Of a stretch of 64,000 bases of DNA, positions 1 through 10,096 are shown one piece after another. The notes beneath the pieces were generated by a model that was given only the letters and a program-made list of their open reading frames with translations, was not told the DNA's origin and did not search any database. The DNA lies in assembly GCA_050294405.1 (NCBI GenBank), contig JBNKOC010000025.1, positions 32,001-96,000 of the forward strand. Direction: 5' to 3'. Positions within the stretch are counted from its first letter, which is position 1; each line of letters begins with the position of its first letter. The DNA comes from Fibrobacteria bacterium (GTDB taxonomy: Bacteria > Fibrobacterota > Fibrobacteria > UBA11236 > JADFYW01). The position numbers and the translations under genes were made by a program.

Positions 1-2875
1 AGTAAGTTGTAGTGGGGATAGCATAGGGAAGGCCGGTGTTGTCTCTATCATTTAGAATAACTGTTACCACAGAGCTTATTACAAAATTGTCAATGTTGTC
101 ATTCGCCAAATAGGCCACAACCCTTACGGTAACACTGGAATCTAAAAATATGCCCGCACCTGGAGTGTATAGTGTGCCCTGGGTGTTGCTGGGAACAGTT
201 GCCCCATCTAAAGTGTAACGGATTTGTGCTCCTGGAGTAGTTACATCAAAATAGATGGTGGTGTCATTTTGAAAGTAAGTGCCAGAAGTAATGATGCCGC
301 CCACATTGTCTTCCACAGTAGGATTCGCAATGGATTTGGGGTTAATAGTTACCGATTTGGTGGCCACATCAGAAGTGAAGATAGGATCGTTGTAACTGGC
401 TTCTACTGCATCTCCGGGAAGTTTGGCTTGCAGGTCTCCATCGTTTTGGGTGATGGGATCATAAGATAAAGAAATGGAGCCCACCAGGTTCCCACCACTG
501 GGGGACAAGGTTACAGTCTCCACATCTCCATCGGATACCAATGAGACCGTATAAGTGGAGTCGGGGTGGTAAGTTTGGTCCACCACAATTACATAAATGG
601 TGTTGTTGGCTTCTCCGAAACTGCTTACAGTATCTGCGAGAGAAGTTGAAGTGCTAAAATAAACCTGAGCAGATTGATTGTCCGGCTGCACAAATACGGT
701 ATCGCTTACCACATCAGACCCATCCAAAGGGTTGGTCCATGTTATGATTAAAGTATCAAATATGGAGGTTTCCAAAACGCTGGTTTGATCCGGGCTGTTA
801 TCTTGCTCGATAACCAAGGAGCCTCGTTGGTATATGCGTGCATAGCTGCCATTTGAACCGGCTATGTGGGAAGAGGTTAGAGATAAATTAACAACATCCC
901 CGGAGTTGACCGCAGTGATTACAGGCTGCAAAGTAGCGTTTCCATAATAATTGGTGGATAGCTGGATGGAGTAGCTGGTTTGGGAATTATATAAGGTGTT
1001 GTTTAAGAAAGGTTGAAAGCTGGGATCCAGAATTTCGATTTGCGAATTACTGGATGTTCTGGTTACCGTAAAGGTTAAAATTTCACTGTCGTCCCAATAG
1101 GCTTTGGTGGCAATGGCTCTAATGGTTGTGGTGTTACTGATTTGAAAGGAACCGGTATAGGGAGTAGAGCTGCTGGTGGGGACGCTTCCATCTGTGGTGT
1201 AATAAATAGTAGTGGGGCTTGGGGTGTCGGTAAAAAGAGTAATGTTTGTAAAGGAACTGAAATTATTTCCAGCGCTGCTGGTATACTGGGGTGGTTCCAC
1301 CTGGGGGCGGATAATTAAAAGGGTGTCCGAGGCGGCGTCCCTGGGATCTCTGGGGTGAACCCAGTTGGCTATGACCATGCCTCCGTTAATTTCTTCCACA
1401 TTTAAATTGTTAGCCGTAAAATTAGTTTGGGCGGAAAACCCAATGGTACCTCTGTATATGGAATCCAGGGAGTTGCCTCTGGTAATGTTAAATATTTCAC
1501 TGTCTCCATTGATAGTTGTATTTATGTTTGTGCTGGCAGGAGATACATTGGAGTAGGATGTTAATTGCAGGCCAAAATTATTAGCGTATGGGTAAGTTAG
1601 CTGGGCAATAGGAGTATAAGAGGAATTAGTGAAAACCAATCTGCTTGCCGGGCTACAGGTAATATCAAAAAGAGAATCCGGCAGGGAGATGTCCCCGCTT
1701 CTGGTTTCCACGGGCCCGGAAGCGTCAATGGTAAAAGTATAGGTAACGGGAGGATCTTGAATTCCATTTTGAGAGGCAATACTGGTAACCTCTATTACAT
1801 TTGTACCTTGCTGGAGGGGGAGCACGCTATCTAATTGCACCTGATATTCCGCCGGGGCAATTTCCAAATGGCTTGTGGAAACAGAACTAATGTTTAAGCT
1901 TTGGTTTTCAATGGTTGTGGAAACGGGCACACCGGGAGCAATGACTGTATTAACAATTTCCTGCATGGCTTGTGACAATTGACTTGGAGAAATGTTAGGG
2001 TAATAGCCGCCGCCGGTTCTAATGGTAAGGTCTTCTAATGGCCCGTAATCCTTTCCAATCATAATGGCATATACAGCGGCGTAGTTCGTGGAGTCGTAAT
2101 TTTGTACAAGGTTTAAGAATTCATTCACTTCGCCGTCTGAGGTGGGTTCTCCGTCAGTGACAAAAATAATTGCCTGTCTGTCGTGAGGAGTTAAGTTGTC
2201 GTCGGATAACCAGCTGTTAGTTTGCAAAAAAGCCCTATAATAATTTGTGCCGGATGGATCTCTACTGCCGCAATTCTGATAATAGTCAGATGAGCTATAG
2301 GATGCTTCATAGAATAAATCCTGCAACTGCGTTCCAGAGTTTAACGGACCAGGTAGTATTCGAGTGTCAGCCTTGTTTGCCAGCCTTTGACCTGCTCCGA
2401 ATCCGTTTTGCTGGGCGCCATCACATAGTCCATTACCAAAACCAAAAAAACCAACATGTGAAGCTGGGGTTAAGCTATCTAAAATTTCAAGTGCGTCGTA
2501 TACAACTGTGGGGGCCACAAATCCAGGGTCAGTGTATGTCATACTTCCACTTTGGTCCACCACAAAAATAATATCGCCGGGAACATTTACTGAGCTGGAG
2601 GGAGATAAACATATGGAAACACCATCGGCTGTTAAACGTGTTACGTTGGAGGGTAAGATAACCGAGCCTCCTCCGCCAACTTCAGTCATATCAATACACT
2701 CACTGGTCACCAATTGGCAGCCTACATCCTGAGCTACGGCGCTGGAAAAAGTTCCTCCTAAAAACATCAAAAAAGCGAGAAAAAAAGGGGTTTTAACCCC
2801 TTTTTTCCAGCTTTTGTTTTTTGAAACTTTTCTTGTGGAATGGCTATTTGAACTGTCTTTAAGGCGATTTGCCAT
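1..2875 (-). CDS. Giant secreted vWA + CHB_HEX_C (Fn3-associated) repeat protein, paralog of 3275..10096; 3' end runs off the window
   Basis: Not in the ORF track because it has no stop in the window. ATG at 2875 with GGAG upstream. Manual translation gives MANRLKDSS...FFLAFLMFLGGTFSSAVAQ (signal-like), IIFVVDQSGSM (MIDAS DxSxS), IIFVTDG, YTTDGSVP, and ends ...LNDRDNTGLPYAIPTTTY in the same frame at the window edge, collinear with the upstream paralog. Confidence 0.9.
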   Translation of the reverse strand, partial: MANRLKDSSNSHSTRKVSKNKSWKKGVKTPFFLAFLMFLGGTFSSAVAQDVGCQLVTSECIDMTEVGGGGSVILPSNVTRLTADGVSICLSPSSSVNVPGDIIFVVDQSGSMTYTDPGFVAPTVVYDALEILDSLTPASHVGFFGFGNGLCDGAQQNGFGAGQRLANKADTRILPGPLNSGTQLQDLFYEASYSSSDYYQNCGSRDPSGTNYYRAFLQTNSWLSDDNLTPHDRQAIIFVTDGEPTSDGEVNEFLNLVQNYDSTNYAAVYAIMIGKDYGPLEDLTIRTGGGYYPNISPSQLSQAMQEIVNTVIAPGVPVSTTIENQSLNISSVSTSHLEIAPAEYQVQLDSVLPLQQGTNVIEVTSIASQNGIQDPPVTYTFTIDASGPVETRSGDISLPDSLFDITCSPASRLVFTNSSYTPIAQLTYPYANNFGLQLTSYSNVSPASTNINTTINGDSEIFNITRGNSLDSIYRGTIGFSAQTNFTANNLNVEEINGGMVIANWVHPRDPRDAASDTLLIIRPQVEPPQYTSSAGNNFSSFTNITLFTDTPSPTTIYYTTDGSVPTSSSTPYTGSFQISNTTTIRAIATKAYWDDSEILTFTVTRTSSNSQIEILDPSFQPFLNNTLYNSQTSYSIQLSTNYYGNATLQPVITAVNSGDVVNLSLTSSHIAGSNGSYARIYQRGSLVIEQDNSPDQTSVLETSIFDTLIITWTNPLDGSDVVSDTVFVQPDNQSAQVYFSTSTSLADTVSSFGEANNTIYVIVVDQTYHPDSTYTVSLVSDGDVETVTLSPSGGNLVGSISLSYDPITQNDGDLQAKLPGDAVEASYNDPIFTSDVATKSVTINPKSIANPTVEDNVGGIITSGTYFQNDTTIYFDVTTPGAQIRYTLDGATVPSNTQGTLYTPGAGIFLDSSVTVRVVAYLANDNIDNFVISSVVTVILNDRDNTGLPYAIPTTTY

Positions 2876-3180
2876 ACGATTATCTCCAGCTGTAGAAAAC
2901 TAAGGTCTGTAAAAAATTTTGTGACCTAAAATTTAATTAGTGAATTAAATTCTGATGCAAAGAATTTTTAAACACCCACAGAGCTTTATTTTTTATTTGA
3001 GATGTAACAGTATTCCGCAGATCCCTTTTGCGAAAACCCTACCGCACACCAACTAAATTCCCAATAGTATTAGTATATAATTTTGATTCTGGAGAATTGA
3101 ATTATTTTTTCTTTTTTGGGAAATTTAAATCACAAAAATTTTAAACAGAAATTGCTGAATTAGTACCAAGACCTGATATC

Positions 3181-3235
3181 CAAAAAGCCGGATCACCCCA
3201 GGAGCCCCGTGGAGGCTTTATTGGGGCCTCCTAAG
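3181..3235. repeat. Partial copy of the intergenic palindromic repeat family, plus a GGAGGC/GCCTCC hairpin
   Basis: Minus-strand cacggggctcctgg resembles cacagggctcctagg at 36310-36324. It sits just downstream of the giant gene and may also act as a terminator (T-run on the minus strand at 3182-3186). Confidence 0.45.
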
Positions 3236-3274
3236 TACTCCATTATATTTTTGAGACTATAAAAAGCTCAAAAT

Positions 3275-6200
3275 TTAATTATCCGCGCAATTTTTATCGG
3301 GAGGGTTAGAGCGAGCAATACCCTGTTTGTAGATGGCAGTGGGTATGCTGACTTCATTATTGAGGGCGCGGTATTTCACTTTCCAAACATAAACGCCACT
3401 TCCCACAAAATTTTCATCTTTATCTTTCATATTCCAAACCAGCCAGCTTCTGAATCCATTGGGTCCAAGGCGGTTTTCATTGGCTGTTTCGCCGCATTTT
3501 CCGAAACTTTGGACAGATCTGTGGATAAATTTACCCAGGTGATCGTAAATTTCCACTTCGGCAATATAGCCACCCAGAGTTTCCACAAAAACAGAAGACA
3601 GGCAGTTTTGGGGGTAATTTCGAAAATCCTCTTCCTCAACTTGGTTAACCTGGTTGTTGCATTGCTGAGATAAAAGCTCTTCACTGATACTGCCATCGGA
3701 ATCAAGCCCCTTTGGAGGGATCCAAAGCTGCACAAAGGAGCCGTCTTCCACATTGGGTAAAGTGATATTTCCGTCATCATCCAAAGCCCCGTAAGCGATA
3801 TAGGTTTGGGCCAGGTTGTTTTCGTTGAGGTTTACACCCACAACCGGATTAAAAATTTTGGATTCGTTAATAAATTTTGCGTCTTCTTCACCCACAGGGG
3901 CCACCTCGTTGCGGGAAGGCCGGTTGCCGGAGGCATCGCTGTAGCGGCTATCTGGATTTAGCCAAACGCAGCCTTCGGAAGTTGGCTTGTAGGCATCTTT
4001 ATCATTGGTGACTATAAACCGCCAACGGATATTGCCGTTTTCATCCGGTTCTAAGGGTAAGGGCCTATCACCTTCGTGATTTATTAAAAAATGCCCGTTG
4101 TCTTTATCACAGGATTGGGAAAACACAATTAAACTATCCCAAGGAGAACCCGTTTCGTCATCTAGAATCAAATCCTCGGAAAAAGTGACGATTAACGTAT
4201 CTGGATTCTGCTTGTATCTGGTTTTTCCGTTGGAGTCCACATATTTATAAAAGCCCAAATCCGAAGGCAACCGCTCGGCAACCAAAATAGTGGGGGCCAC
4301 GTTATCGAGAATTTCAACTTCTTGCCCCTTAAAAATATTGTTGCTGGGTAGGGTTAATTTGGGAGGATTGCTGGAATTTGCCTGGGTTTTGCCAGGTTCA
4401 AAACTTTCAGCATTGTCTTTCAACACAATTAAAATTAAGCTGGAGTCGATATTTCCCTCGGCATCCTTGAAAAAGGAAATTTCTGTTATGCTCTCGTCTT
4501 CATTGTATTTGGCGGTGTAATTGTTTTCCCCTTCCCCAGGCCAGTCAATGGACAGGATGCTATTGGGAATTGAAGTTAAGTTTTCTTTAAAACGGATAAA
4601 CAAGCTGTCGGCAATGCCATCGGAATTGCCATCCACAATCCAGGATTTTTCCACGGGAATATAAGCGGCTTCAATTTCCAGGGAATTGGAGCTGGAATCC
4701 CTCTCGGTAATTAAAACGGCGGTTACCGTTCCCTTGTTGTGGCTGTTTTCCTCATCCAGTTTGCCCACAACCAAAGTGCCTTCCTCTGCTGTTTCGTCTT
4801 TATATACAAAGGTGTAGTCCACCTCCTCAGAAATAAACTCATTAGAATAGACATCGGTTTCCACCACTTTAACCTCAATGGACTCCCCATTGGAATTCAC
4901 TAAAGTCACTGTAAGGGTATCGATTTCCGTTTGGCTTTCGCTAAAGGCATTTACTTTAATTCTAAAATCACCTCCGCTAAATTCATCAAGATTGTTTATA
5001 GTGTTTCCTTTGCTATCAATAAAGGAAATGGTTTGGTTTACCCCTCCATCGATTTTTTCGGAATCCAAAGCCTTGGTTTTATAAATGGGGTCTACATAAC
5101 TCACTTTGATTTCATCATCTGAGGCGCAGGATAGCACACTGTCGCTGGAGTTTCTTTCTTCTTCATTTTTAACAACCTTGCCCACATAAACCCCTTTGCT
5201 GGTTTCAATGAGGGTGACACTTTTTACCAGGTCCCCGGATTTCAAACATTGCACCGTGGCGATTAAGGTATCCAGGCTGTTAGTGAAATCCTGATCTTTT
5301 ACGGTGATGGTAATTTCCTCCACTTCTCTGGCTATGTGGGTGTTTCCATCGCCGTCGGTAATAACAACGCTTTCTTCCTCATTTTCATAGGCCACAATTA
5401 ATACATCGCTCACCTGGCTAAGGGCAGAACCTGTTTTAGAATGGGCTTGAACAGAGGCGGTGATTTCTCCCATAAAGAATATTTCTAAAATGGAGTTGTT
5501 TTTATCTGTGGTTTCGGATTCGGCCATGGCGATACTTACAGTCCAAATACCTATGCTATCCTGTTTTTCAGGATTTGATAGTTCGATATTTAAGGCATCA
5601 TAGGTTTTTACTCCATTTCCCTTTGTGTTTTCCACATTAATAATAAGAGTTTTGATTTTTGTGGTGTAGTCATCTATATACATAATGTATACGGAATCCG
5701 CTGCGGGGTCGTAATACAAACCATCTTCAAGAGGAATGCCCATGGAATTGGTAAACATGATTTTCGCGCTAACCTCTCCGGCAGAACCGTAATTCACCTG
5801 GGTAACGCTGTTATCTCCATCTACTGGGTCGATGTAGCTTGCTCTTATTTTATCTCCTTTAACAATTTGCAGTAGATTATCTGATGTGTTGGAGGAAGTG
5901 GACTTGTCCACAGGAATAACAATACCATAACTGTTATTCCCAACCTGGGTTAAGGGCAAGGTCAAGGTATCCGGAGATCTGTTTGTCCCAAAAACGGGGT
6001 CGCTAATGATAGTTACCTGGTAGTTTTTGCTGAGATCCCAGGCTTGATCTTTAACTACAAGATATAAAGAATCTTCTGATCCCTGGTATTGGGTTAAGCG
6101 GGAACTGGAAAGCAGGGAATTGGAAAAATACATATCCGCTTGAATTGGAAAAGGCCTTACAGATAATGTATCGGTTACCACATCGCTTCCGTTGTTGGGG

Positions 6201-9200
6201 TTAGTCCAGCTGACCACAATATCATCATAAGGCCGGCTTTGCATGGTTCCGTTGCTACTGGGGCTGCCACTTATTACGCTAAAAGGAACTTCCAATTGGT
6301 ATTTGAAGTAATCTCCGCTACGGCCTACCTGGGTTAGCGTCAATATTTCGCTGTCTCCCAGGGATAAAGATGTGGCCAAGGGAGTTACAGATGAAAGATC
6401 AGCCTCTGAGGTTTGGAGAATAACATAAAAAGAACTGTTTTTCTCAGTTAAATATTCAACCTCTTGCTGATTCCCATCCAGTAATACCAGGCTGGAAGCC
6501 AAAAACTGTTTGGTGTAGGTGGCTGAATTCACATCGCTGTTTGCCCAACCGGTTTTTACGGCAATTGCCTTTAACGTGGTGGTTTGGGTGATTTGAATAA
6601 GCTGGGAATAACTGGGAGAGCTCGCAGTAGGATTTGAACCATCCAGCGTGTAATGTATTGTGGCCCCTTGAGTTTCTACTGTAAGCCGAACAAATATATC
6701 GGCTCCAAAGGAGCTGTCTCCGGGGATGATTTCCGGGGTGGGCAGCTTAGGAGTGTAAGTAAACGTTGCCACTTCACTCTTAACATAGGCATCGGAACCT
6801 TGAGGGTTAAATGCTACGGCTTTGAGGTTAGTGGGCTGGCTGAAAGTAAGCGCACCCAGGTACCTTTGAGAATTGGTTGTGGGAGTGCTTCCGTCCGTGG
6901 TATAGCGAATAATGGCATTGGTTACGGTGGGGTTGGACAATACCACATTTGTATCTCCAAAAAACTGGGTACCGGAAATTGGAGTTGCTACCGGCGCCTC
7001 TAAGCTATCTCTTTTGGTATAGACTTCCGTAACGATAGAGGAAGATTTTTTCGGAGGATTGGCCGCCCGGAATTTTACAGTGGTTGTGGCGGAAATATTG
7101 AGGCTACTGCCATACAATAGGGTGCTTCCGCTTGCCACTGTGTCCGGATTGCTCCCGTCCAATGTATAGAAAATATCATCGGAAGGGTCTTCTGGATTTA
7201 AGCTAACAGTTGTATCTTCTGTAAAATATGTGGTTTTAGGGTTAGCGTAAGGAAGGCCGGTGCTTCCCGTGTCGTTTAAACTAACGGTGACCAGGTTACT
7301 CAAAACGAAATTGTCGATGTTATCATTTTCCAAATAGGCGATAACGCGCACTTCCGTGCTTTGAGTTAAATTTATGGGGGTTCCCATTGTATATAGCGTT
7401 CCCACAGTATTGCTGGGAACTGTAGAACCATCCAAAGTATAACGAATTTGAGCGCCTGCGGTACTTACATCCAAATAAATAGTGGTATCATCGGCAAAAA
7501 AGGTGCCTGAACTAATAACACTTCCACCGTTGTCTTCCACAGTGGGGTCTGCAATAGATTTGGAACCAATAGTAATGGATTTTACCTTTTCATCACTTGG
7601 AAAAACAGGATCTGTATATGTTGCCTGAATTTCATCTCCGGGTAGTTTGGCCTGGATGCTGCCATTATTTTGGCTAATGGCCCCGTAGTCCATGTTTATG
7701 GACCCTACCAGGTTTCCGTTAACTACGCTTAAGCTTATGGTTTCCACATCGCCATCTGTTACCAATTCCACCTGATAGCTGGAATCCGGGTGGATGGTTT
7801 GGTCCACTACAATTACAAATATTTCTGTGTCGCTATCCGAGAAACTGCTCACGCTGTCCGCAAGGGAACTGGATGTGCTGAAATGTATTTGTGCTTCTGT
7901 ATTGGCGGGTCGAACAAAAACAGTATCTGCGACCGCATCGCTGTTGTCTAAGGGGTTTGTCCAATTTATGATTAAAGTGTCATAGGCGGCAGTCTCTAAT
8001 ACACTGGTTTGCTCGGGACTGTTGTCCATTTCGATGGACAGAGAAGCCCTTCGGTAAATTCGGGCGTAATTAGAATTTGAACCTGTAATGTGAGAGGAGG
8101 TCAGGCTGATATTTAAAACATCACCGGTGACCGAGGCTGTTACAGCAGCTTGAAGGCTTGAACTTCCGTAATAATTGGTTTCCAGTTGAATGGAAAAATT
8201 GCTTTCGGAGGTATATACAATATTGTTTTCAAAAGGCTGATAACTTTGGTTTAGTATGGCTATTTGTGAAGCGGAGCTGGTGCGAGTAACAGCTACTGTT
8301 AAAATTCCAGAATTTTGCCATCCAGATTTTACAGCGATGGCTCTTAAAGTTAAAGCCTGGGTAATAACCGGCGGGTTGTTTGGATCGTAAAGAAGGGACC
8401 CTGTGCTAGGAGTTGAGCCGTCCAAGGTATAATAAATAGAAACGGGGCTTGCCGTACTGGTATATAATATAGCCTCAGTGAAGGATGTAAATGGGTTTCC
8501 ATTGCTAAAACTCACCTGAGGGGTGGCTACCTGCGGCTGCTGCACATTCAATTGGTATTGGGCAAAGTCTGCGGAATCTCTGGGGTGGTACCAACTGACT
8601 GTGATTAAGTCGCCCAACCTGGCCTGAGAAATGGCATCATTAACATTGCCGCCGCCTAAAGTGGTTTGAAAATTAACAGTGGTCATGAAACTATCCACGC
8701 CATTTGAGGTTAAACCAGAAGTTAATCTATCCAAAGCATCTCTGGATGTAATAAGGGCTTCCGGGGAATCGTCTCCGGATTTTGTATCCAGAATAATGCC
8801 GTAAGAGGCCGACTGATATCCCAAAGTGGTTATAATGTTTCTGTCGCTTAGATTATCTACGACATTAATGCTGCTTGGCTCCACGCAAGTGATATCAAAA
8901 AGAGAATCGGGAAGATTAATATCCCCCAGGTTAGGAGTTGGAGTCCCACTTACATCAATTGTGATATTATATACAACGGTATCCGAAGGAACGCCGTTTT
9001 TTGAGCTAATGGAATTAATAGTGAGAGCGTTTAACCCGGATTCAAGTCCTAGTATTTCATCCAGCACCACCTGATATTGGCCGTTGGTTATTTGATTGTG
9101 GCTTATGGACTGGGATAGCTGGCCGTTTGTGGAGTTGCTAATAGTTGTTTGAACAGGCACACCTGGGGAAATAACTTCTTGAACCACCGCCTGCATAATG

Positions 9201-10096
9201 GCTTCCAATTCAGAAGGGTTGTCTGCTTCAACAGGATAGTACTGGCCACCAGTAAGGCTTGCCAGTTCCACTAATCTGCCAGCGGGGCTGGTGGTATTTG
9301 CAGTATCTGCATACGTGCCGCCAATTAATATGGAATATACAGGAGGAAGAGTTTGTTTGTTGGCATCGGACCAATTGTCATAATCGTCTCCAGGCTGCCC
9401 ATCGGTAATGAATATAATGGCCTTTCTGGAGTTGCTGCTATTTTCCAGAACATCCCTGGCTTCCACCAATGGTGGAATATATGCAGTTCCGTGGTTCGTA
9501 TCATCGCAACCATAACCTGAAGAGCCTTGAAAGCGCCTCCAATTGCCGGCGTCTGGGGAGCTGGCGGGGTAATACAATGTGGGGTTGCTGATGGATGGGT
9601 CTGTTCCATCGGCTAAATCATCATCAATCCAGCTAAAAATAGTATTAAGGGATGTGGAATTCCCCACTGAGACAGGAGCGCGGGTATTACATACCTCTCC
9701 AGAAAAAGGAATAAGCCCTGCCTGGGAGCCTGAGCTCAAATCAGCCAAATATTGAACAGCGGCGTGAGTGGCTGTGGGGGCGTAAAATGTAGGATCGTTC
9801 CAAACCATGCTTCCACTTTGATCCACCACAAACATAATATCCACAGGAGCCAGTTCCGTTCCGGCCGGAGTAAGACAAATGCTTATCCCGTCATTACTCA
9901 ATCTTGTGGTGTTAGATGGCACTTGTACAGTGCTCCCGTTTCCACCTAAATTCTCCAAATCTATACATTGCTCACTGACTAAATCACAGCGGCCCTGTGC
10001 CATGGAGTTATTATATGTAAATAAGAAACTCAGAATAATGCAAAACCCCATGTATCGGACTTTGCGTGCGGTTTTTATAAATAGCAATGTTTCCAT
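3275..10096 (-). CDS. Giant (~2270 aa) secreted vWA-domain protein with five CHB_HEX_C/Fn3-associated repeats, a repeated Ig-like stalk and a FlgD-Ig-like C-terminal domain
   Basis: Signal-like N-terminus; DQSGS and IFITDG vWA motifs; five YT(L/T)DGS motifs; C-terminal IYDHLGKFI...WNMKD...VGSGVYVWKV. Start moved to the ATG at 10096, which follows AAGGAGGGG. Confidence 0.9.
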   Translation of the reverse strand: METLLFIKTARKVRYMGFCIILSFLFTYNNSMAQGRCDLVSEQCIDLENLGGNGSTVQVPSNTTRLSNDGISICLTPAGTELAPVDIMFVVDQSGSMVWNDPTFYAPTATHAAVQYLADLSSGSQAGLIPFSGEVCNTRAPVSVGNSTSLNTIFSWIDDDLADGTDPSISNPTLYYPASSPDAGNWRRFQGSSGYGCDDTNHGTAYIPPLVEARDVLENSSNSRKAIIFITDGQPGDDYDNWSDANKQTLPPVYSILIGGTYADTANTTSPAGRLVELASLTGGQYYPVEADNPSELEAIMQAVVQEVISPGVPVQTTISNSTNGQLSQSISHNQITNGQYQVVLDEILGLESGLNALTINSISSKNGVPSDTVVYNITIDVSGTPTPNLGDINLPDSLFDITCVEPSSINVVDNLSDRNIITTLGYQSASYGIILDTKSGDDSPEALITSRDALDRLTSGLTSNGVDSFMTTVNFQTTLGGGNVNDAISQARLGDLITVSWYHPRDSADFAQYQLNVQQPQVATPQVSFSNGNPFTSFTEAILYTSTASPVSIYYTLDGSTPSTGSLLYDPNNPPVITQALTLRAIAVKSGWQNSGILTVAVTRTSSASQIAILNQSYQPFENNIVYTSESNFSIQLETNYYGSSSLQAAVTASVTGDVLNISLTSSHITGSNSNYARIYRRASLSIEMDNSPEQTSVLETAAYDTLIINWTNPLDNSDAVADTVFVRPANTEAQIHFSTSSSLADSVSSFSDSDTEIFVIVVDQTIHPDSSYQVELVTDGDVETISLSVVNGNLVGSINMDYGAISQNNGSIQAKLPGDEIQATYTDPVFPSDEKVKSITIGSKSIADPTVEDNGGSVISSGTFFADDTTIYLDVSTAGAQIRYTLDGSTVPSNTVGTLYTMGTPINLTQSTEVRVIAYLENDNIDNFVLSNLVTVSLNDTGSTGLPYANPKTTYFTEDTTVSLNPEDPSDDIFYTLDGSNPDTVASGSTLLYGSSLNISATTTVKFRAANPPKKSSSIVTEVYTKRDSLEAPVATPISGTQFFGDTNVVLSNPTVTNAIIRYTTDGSTPTTNSQRYLGALTFSQPTNLKAVAFNPQGSDAYVKSEVATFTYTPKLPTPEIIPGDSSFGADIFVRLTVETQGATIHYTLDGSNPTASSPSYSQLIQITQTTTLKAIAVKTGWANSDVNSATYTKQFLASSLVLLDGNQQEVEYLTEKNSSFYVILQTSEADLSSVTPLATSLSLGDSEILTLTQVGRSGDYFKYQLEVPFSVISGSPSSNGTMQSRPYDDIVVSWTNPNNGSDVVTDTLSVRPFPIQADMYFSNSLLSSSRLTQYQGSEDSLYLVVKDQAWDLSKNYQVTIISDPVFGTNRSPDTLTLPLTQVGNNSYGIVIPVDKSTSSNTSDNLLQIVKGDKIRASYIDPVDGDNSVTQVNYGSAGEVSAKIMFTNSMGIPLEDGLYYDPAADSVYIMYIDDYTTKIKTLIINVENTKGNGVKTYDALNIELSNPEKQDSIGIWTVSIAMAESETTDKNNSILEIFFMGEITASVQAHSKTGSALSQVSDVLIVAYENEEESVVITDGDGNTHIAREVEEITITVKDQDFTNSLDTLIATVQCLKSGDLVKSVTLIETSKGVYVGKVVKNEEERNSSDSVLSCASDDEIKVSYVDPIYKTKALDSEKIDGGVNQTISFIDSKGNTINNLDEFSGGDFRIKVNAFSESQTEIDTLTVTLVNSNGESIEVKVVETDVYSNEFISEEVDYTFVYKDETAEEGTLVVGKLDEENSHNKGTVTAVLITERDSSSNSLEIEAAYIPVEKSWIVDGNSDGIADSLFIRFKENLTSIPNSILSIDWPGEGENNYTAKYNEDESITEISFFKDAEGNIDSSLILIVLKDNAESFEPGKTQANSSNPPKLTLPSNNIFKGQEVEILDNVAPTILVAERLPSDLGFYKYVDSNGKTRYKQNPDTLIVTFSEDLILDDETGSPWDSLIVFSQSCDKDNGHFLINHEGDRPLPLEPDENGNIRWRFIVTNDKDAYKPTSEGCVWLNPDSRYSDASGNRPSRNEVAPVGEEDAKFINESKIFNPVVGVNLNENNLAQTYIAYGALDDDGNITLPNVEDGSFVQLWIPPKGLDSDGSISEELLSQQCNNQVNQVEEEDFRNYPQNCLSSVFVETLGGYIAEVEIYDHLGKFIHRSVQSFGKCGETANENRLGPNGFRSWLVWNMKDKDENFVGSGVYVWKVKYRALNNEVSIPTAIYKQGIARSNPPDKNCADN

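Noticed and set aside
1..10096. Diversity-generating retroelement or invertible cassette behind vWA variability
   Set aside because: No reverse transcriptase or recombinase, and no near-identical template/variable repeat pair is visible.
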